DNA of 37,026 nt, from IMG/VR virus record IMGVR_UViG_3300037483_001096, positions 1 to 37,026 of that record; one strand, written 5' to 3'. A program made the translations under genes and the position numbers. Shown here piece by piece: positions 32,332 to 37,026 of this stretch (positions are counted from its first letter, which is position 1; every line of letters starts with the position of its first letter). The stretch comes from a virus. Its lineage: Duplodnaviria > Caudoviricetes. Under the pieces are notes generated by a model that was not told the origin of the DNA, searched no databases, and saw only the letters and a program-made list of their open reading frames with translations.

Positions 32332-35048
32332 GCGCCGGTCTCCCCCACCGCCACGTTAGCCAGTGGTCCACAAATGGGACATACCGCTTCATCCTGGCTA
32401 GTTCGCCAGACATAGACCCACTTGCCGTCCCGCTCCTGCAGCACCAGCCAGCACCGACAGCCGATATGAGAGTCCCGCACCGGCCGCTTCTCTGGATCCT
32501 TCGTGGCCAGACCGCTAGCCTTCCAGCCCTGCACGTTGCCTTCGGCGATGGCGACGGTCACTTCGTTGGAGGCGATAAGAGTTGCCCGTGTCAGGCCAAA
32601 GGTAGGCTCCAGTTCATCAATGAGAGACCGCAGCGGATCACCGTTCTCAATCCACTGGCCCACGGCCTGACCTACTTGCTTCTTCGTAGTCTCGTTGACC
32701 CGGGTGATGAGTTCGCCGGCGTACTGATTGGCCCAGTCCCGGGCCGCCGTGTTGGCCAGCGTCCAGTCGAAGCGCAAACCCACCCGTTCCAGTTGGCGTA
32801 CAGAAATGCGTACGCCCAGATCGGAGGATTCCACCAGCGCCTTACGCAGGGCATCCCGCACTATGCCAGCGGTTTCTTCCACCCGCCCGACGGCACCCGC
32901 CGCCTGTTCCACCGTCATCCCGGCCGGGATGACCACATCCAACTGGGCCTGCAGGGCCTGTTCGATCTCAGCCTGGATCTTGCGTTCCAGGTTCATGCGC
33001 TCTTGTTGCTCGGCTTCGCCGTCATCCGGATCGAGCTGCAGGGTCATGACTTTAGTTGGCGCTTTGGCCGGGAAGTGCTCCTGGAGGATGGCCAGCTTCT
33101 CAACGTCGGAGAGAACAGCGCTCTCGAATTGGCCGGGATCCGGTTGTTCCCGACGCTTGCACCAGCGCTTGAACGTCTCGATCTCAGCCGCCTTGACGGC
33201 CACCGGATCCTGCAACGGGTAGGCCCGATAATCACCGGCCCAAGCCAGGGTCACGGCGTCGAAGCGCACATCAATGGGCGGCACGGAAATGACCGGTGTG
33301 GATGCCTCGGCCGGTACGTAGCCCAGGGTGATGTGGGGTGTGAACCCATGCACGCTGGGCGAACTTAGCCCCTGCTCCGCCAGGGCCGCCAGCAAATCCT
33401 CCCGCCAGCGCTGAATCTGGTAAGAGTCGAAAGAGACGTAGACGGCCTGGGCGCCGGTGTCCTCAACGCTGTTGAAGCGGCCCAGGCCGCTGAGTTGCCC
33501 CACAACCGGCGGCATCGTACTGGCGAAATTGACGACTGCCTCTTCCAGCGCCATCCTGTCGTCGATGCCCAATTCCGTACTGTCCCCCAAATAGGCCATG
33601 GTCAGGTGCAGTTCGTTGGCCGGCGTCGGTGCAGAGTTGATGGGCAATGCTCCCTGCATGCCCACCAGTTCGGCCCGCACATCCGGCGGCATGAAAAAGG
33701 CCACCATGACGCCGGTCTGGGCCTTCAGGGCCGCCGCTTTCAGGGCCGCCTTGGCCGGTTCCTGGGCCGCTACGGTGCTTTCCGCTACCGTGGTTGGCTG
33801 GATATCATCGACGGGCGCTGCGGCCATCTGGGCCGTTCCTGAGGGCGTGGCGCCGGCTTTGGTGACTTCCTCCACCAACAGGCTCCCCCGCTCATCACCC
33901 AAACCGTCATCGCCGTAGTACTGCTTGCGTGTCTCATCCACAGTGTGGACACGAGCAAATGCCTCCTGCTCCTGCAACTCGAGTTGACGGTCCGTTTCCC
34001 GGATATCGTCGAACTCTGCCGTGAGGTTGGGGCCGTAGGCGGGCAGCAGATCGTTGCTGATCTTCTCCGCTATACTGACCATGCGCGGCCACACGGCCAG
34101 CTCCGTGAAGGTCTTCTTGCCGGTCACCGAGTTGGCTTCGGTAGCGTTGACGTCGATCATCGACGACAGCCCAGGCGCAAAGACGGCAAAAATCTCCTCC
34201 TTGTTGAAACGCCTGGCCTCCAGGAACTCCATATCCTTCTGGGTCATGGCCATGCTCACCCATTCCACGCCACCCTTGCCCACGTTGCGCAGCATCATCA
34301 AATTACGGCGCACACCGCCTTGTTCTTCCTTGACATCGGCTTTTAGCTTTTTCCAGTCACTATCGCCGATGGGATCCGCAAAGGCCAGGGCACCAGGCGC
34401 TTTGGCATTATCTTTGTCGAAAAAGTTGGTGTTCCACTGCTGCATAGCCATGTCACCCGTAGCCACCGTAGCCAGAGGTTCGACGGACGACAGACCCACG
34501 TAATTGTTGAGCGGATGAAAACGCCGAAAGTGGACGATCTCCCACGGTTCCAGCGGGATCTCGGTGCCGTCGCCGGGATCGTACAGGTAGCCTCGCAGAT
34601 AGAGACGGCCGTCGGGTACCGGGCGCAAGCGATACGAGGGGATGACCCACAGCTCCGAAGGCGGCACGTCCGGCCGCGTGCGGTTCAGCCACCAGTAGCC
34701 GTTGCCGGTCAGGCCAACGTGGCTAAACGTGGCCTCCAGGAACTCAAAGCGGGACATAAGCGGGTTGGGCCGGCGCAGCAGCTGCTCGAACGGATGGTTG
34801 GGGATGTCCACAGCCTCTTCCCCCTCCAACTGCTTGACGTTCAGGGCCGCAATGGCCGCCGTCTGGGCCACCATACTGACGGCGATGTGCACCCAGGACA
34901 GGCGCTGATACAACTCGAGTTGGGCGTGGGGCAGCCAGGTCTCGGGCACGCTGAAACGTTCAGCGGCGCCTGTGGCCTGCAACCAGGCCGGCACATTATC
35001 CACAACCGCCTTGGCGCTCCTGGCCAGCAATCGGTTCAGGTATCCCAT
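32328..35048 (-). CDS. Portal protein fused to a 2H phosphodiesterase and a MuF (minor head) domain
   Basis: HK97-type portal (LLRRPNPLMSRFEF, EIVHFR, GLSSVE); HLT and HIT 2H motifs; MuF-like ITRVNETTK..RATLIASNE and Cys motifs; one uninterrupted ORF. Confidence 0.88.
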   Translation of the reverse strand: MGYLNRLLARSAKAVVDNVPAWLQATGAAERFSVPETWLPHAQLELYQRLSWVHIAVSMVAQTAAIAALNVKQLEGEEAVDIPNHPFEQLLRRPNPLMSRFEFLEATFSHVGLTGNGYWWLNRTRPDVPPSELWVIPSYRLRPVPDGRLYLRGYLYDPGDGTEIPLEPWEIVHFRRFHPLNNYVGLSSVEPLATVATGDMAMQQWNTNFFDKDNAKAPGALAFADPIGDSDWKKLKADVKEEQGGVRRNLMMLRNVGKGGVEWVSMAMTQKDMEFLEARRFNKEEIFAVFAPGLSSMIDVNATEANSVTGKKTFTELAVWPRMVSIAEKISNDLLPAYGPNLTAEFDDIRETDRQLELQEQEAFARVHTVDETRKQYYGDDGLGDERGSLLVEEVTKAGATPSGTAQMAAAPVDDIQPTTVAESTVAAQEPAKAALKAAALKAQTGVMVAFFMPPDVRAELVGMQGALPINSAPTPANELHLTMAYLGDSTELGIDDRMALEEAVVNFASTMPPVVGQLSGLGRFNSVEDTGAQAVYVSFDSYQIQRWREDLLAALAEQGLSSPSVHGFTPHITLGYVPAEASTPVISVPPIDVRFDAVTLAWAGDYRAYPLQDPVAVKAAEIETFKRWCKRREQPDPGQFESAVLSDVEKLAILQEHFPAKAPTKVMTLQLDPDDGEAEQQERMNLERKIQAEIEQALQAQLDVVIPAGMTVEQAAGAVGRVEETAGIVRDALRKALVESSDLGVRISVRQLERVGLRFDWTLANTAARDWANQYAGELITRVNETTKKQVGQAVGQWIENGDPLRSLIDELEPTFGLTRATLIASNEVTVAIAEGNVQGWKASGLATKDPEKRPVRDSHIGCRCWLVLQERDGKWVYVWRTSQDEAVCPICGPLANVAVGETGA

Positions 35049-35049
35049 T

Positions 35050-35199
35050 TCAGTGCGTTGCCCCCAACAGGCCCAGGACCAGCAGGCCCAGGCCGGCGAC
35101 AATGAGTGCGGCCGGCAGACTGACCATGGCCACACCTATCACCAGCAGCACGAACCCGACCGCCGCTATCCAGTCGTTTCCGTCCAGATGCGCCATCAT
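35050..35199 (-). CDS. Small membrane protein between terL and portal (49 aa)
   Basis: ATGA overlap with the terL stop; two hydrophobic segments. Confidence 0.65.
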   Translation of the reverse strand: MMAHLDGNDWIAAVGFVLLVIGVAMVSLPAALIVAGLGLLVLGLLGATH

Positions 35200-36695
35200 A
35201 CAAAGTCCACTAAACTACCCATGACCGGCATGCCCGCCAGAACTACAGCGTCCCCGTAGTCCGGACTGCGGCCCAGCCGCTTTTTGATATCCTCTTTCGA
35301 CTCTACGAGGATACCGCGCAGAGTCGGCTTCCACTTAGGCGTACACAGATCGGCCAACAATACCGAATCCGGTGGCAAGGCAATATCGTCGCCGTCCACC
35401 GGATCGAGCACTTCCCGCATGCGCCAGTAGGCTTCCGCCCGTACGTTGGCCAGGCTCAGCCGCCCGCTCTTGTCGCGGGCGTTGCTGCCCTCCCCGAAGT
35501 TGATGCCGTTCACGCGCACCCCCATCTGCCGTAGCAGGTCATAAGGCGAGGTGCCCACGCCGATCACGTCGATGTTGACCGTCGCCTCCCGACCATCCAA
35601 TGCTGCAATCACCAGGCCGGCCGTGGCTTGCCCGTCGGGCGTTGCCTTGCCCGGATGCTTTTGTAACGATGCGAACCAGTTGTCGTAGCGCGGTGCAATC
35701 ACCATTTCGTCCTTGCCCCCTCTAGCCACGTCCACTCCCAAGGCCGTCAATGGAGTATCTGGCTGGCTTCGCTCTTTCCACCTGGCCTGGGCCAAACGTA
35801 CCCACTCGGTGGGAATCACCTGCCAAGGGTCATCCTGGGTACCTACTGCGAAGTCACCATACAGCAGTTGGCTGCGCAGGGGCTCCGGCAGAGCCTGAAG
35901 CACAGTCCCGTACTCGGTGGCCATCAGATACGGGTTGTCGCTCAGCCGGGCCGGGATGAACGTGCGGCTTTTGGGCTGCAGCGTTTCATCCTTCCACTCA
36001 AAAGACGTCCCGTCCTCTCGCTCAACATCCTCCCCATCCACCACGGCATACCAACGCAACTCCCCGGGCTGAGCCGGGCGAGGGTGCTGCGGATCCAGCC
36101 AGGCGCCCCAACGCCGGATCACCCATTCGCCGTCGGCGTTCGTGGGTGGGTTACCGGCGCCAATCACCCGCGTACGCTGCCCTTCCTTCGTCGTGCGCAG
36201 CCAGCCGCCCAAAAAGCGGTACTGGAACTCGGTGAAGTTGGGCAGCTCGTCGAACGCCTTCAGGTCATGAGGCCGACCCTGGTACTTGTTAACGTCTTCC
36301 TCATACTGCACTGCCCCGAATTCCAACGTTCTGCCCCCCGGCAACCGCCGCCAAATGTTGGCCTGACCGTTGAACCTCCCCTGCGAACCGATAATCTCCC
36401 GACTACGTTCGACAATGTCCTTGAGCTGTGGATATTCCCGCCGGAAGATGATGCTCTTACTGTGAGCCGTCAGGGCCAGGCCAATCAGCAGATCCGACTT
36501 GCCGCCACCGGCAGCGCCACCATAGAATAGTTCGTCTGCTGGCGATAGGTAGGCGTCCATCTGCGGGCCGGGGAGCGGGTACCAAAGCGCGTCATTCGCT
36601 ATCAGACGGTTCAGCAGTTCGCTTTCTGCCCCGGTCAAGTATGGCAAGTATGCGCTCAGTTCGCTCTTCGTCGCTGAGTCCACCATTGTTGTCAA
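35196..36695 (-). CDS. terL: Terminase large subunit
   Basis: YGGAAGGGKS Walker A, AFDE Walker B, GNP, GVDVARGGKD nuclease motif, SPDYGDA. Confidence 0.95.
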   Translation of the reverse strand: MTTMVDSATKSELSAYLPYLTGAESELLNRLIANDALWYPLPGPQMDAYLSPADELFYGGAAGGGKSDLLIGLALTAHSKSIIFRREYPQLKDIVERSREIIGSQGRFNGQANIWRRLPGGRTLEFGAVQYEEDVNKYQGRPHDLKAFDELPNFTEFQYRFLGGWLRTTKEGQRTRVIGAGNPPTNADGEWVIRRWGAWLDPQHPRPAQPGELRWYAVVDGEDVEREDGTSFEWKDETLQPKSRTFIPARLSDNPYLMATEYGTVLQALPEPLRSQLLYGDFAVGTQDDPWQVIPTEWVRLAQARWKERSQPDTPLTALGVDVARGGKDEMVIAPRYDNWFASLQKHPGKATPDGQATAGLVIAALDGREATVNIDVIGVGTSPYDLLRQMGVRVNGINFGEGSNARDKSGRLSLANVRAEAYWRMREVLDPVDGDDIALPPDSVLLADLCTPKWKPTLRGILVESKEDIKKRLGRSPDYGDAVVLAGMPVMGSLVDFV

Positions 36696-37026
36696 TCTCT
36701 ATCGCTCCGCCGTCCGGCCCACTGTGTTCATTGCGTACAGTCTCCCGGTACTTCTCTGGCTTATGCGCTTTCAACAGGAAAATCAGCAATGTGTCCGAGT
36801 ACTTGCGGACAAAACCAACTCTCTCTCCCTGATAGTAGACGGGTTCCGGTACACCCTCCTTGGCCCGCCGGAAAGCTTCGCCTTCTAACAGTTCCGTGCC
36901 TTCGGTCAGAGCCTCGTCCCAGGCAGCCGCAAAATCCGGATCGGCGTTGCGCACCTCGTAAATCCATGAACGTGCAATATCGACTTTTCTACACGCATCG
37001 GCCACGTTCCCCCGTTTGGCTAGCCA
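36592..37026 (-). CDS. terS: Terminase small subunit, 3' part
   Basis: DPDFAAAWDEA..LEGEAFRRA..RKYSDTLLIFLLKAHKPEKY..EHSGPDGGAI. Confidence 0.85.
   Translation of the reverse strand, partial: WLAKRGNVADACRKVDIARSWIYEVRNADPDFAAAWDEALTEGTELLEGEAFRRAKEGVPEPVYYQGERVGFVRKYSDTLLIFLLKAHKPEKYRETVRNEHSGPDGGAIEIDNNGGLSDEERTERILAILDRGRKRTAEPSDSE
36900..37026 (+). repeat. Terminal overlap identical to 1-127
   Basis: Exact 127-bp match. Confidence 0.97.

Larger units (their letters stand above)
1..37026. mobile_element. Complete temperate tailed phage (siphovirus-like), circular or excised form
   Basis: Full set of head, tail, replication, repressor, integrase and attP modules; 127-bp end overlap; no host housekeeping genes; no tail sheath seen. 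Confidence 0.95.

Overview
The window is an apparently complete, circular ~36.9-kb temperate tailed phage genome. Bases 1-127 are identical to 36900-37026, and the terminase small subunit gene runs across that join. Nearly all genes are on the minus strand. The early operon runs from a Cro-like gene through small membrane proteins, an ERCC4 nuclease, a RecT-like recombinase, an Fe-S PD-(D/E)xK nuclease, a J-domain protein, a vWA protein, a C5 DNA methyltransferase and a primase-SF3 helicase, ending at an iteron origin. The late operon holds TerS/TerL, portal, protease, capsid, neck and tail genes, a glycosyltransferase, tape measure, tail tip, fibre and holin. Only the XRE repressor and the tyrosine integrase are on the plus strand. 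A monoderm host, possibly Chloroflexota, is inferred from the LexA-box type and is not proven. The most notable observations are: (1) a portal protein fused to an Acb1-like 2H phosphodiesterase and a motif-permuted MuF domain; (2) a solitary type I-C-like CRISPR repeat followed by a short spacer that resembles the TTC-flanked sequence just upstream of the repeat; (3) an attP made of a promoter plus the 5' part of tRNA-Arg(CCT); (4) an SOS-box-controlled promoter firing antisense into the repressor gene; (5) a two-subunit C5 methyltransferase encoded in overlapping frames; (6) a holin with no recognisable endolysin. All protein calls come from motif recognition by eye, not database searches.
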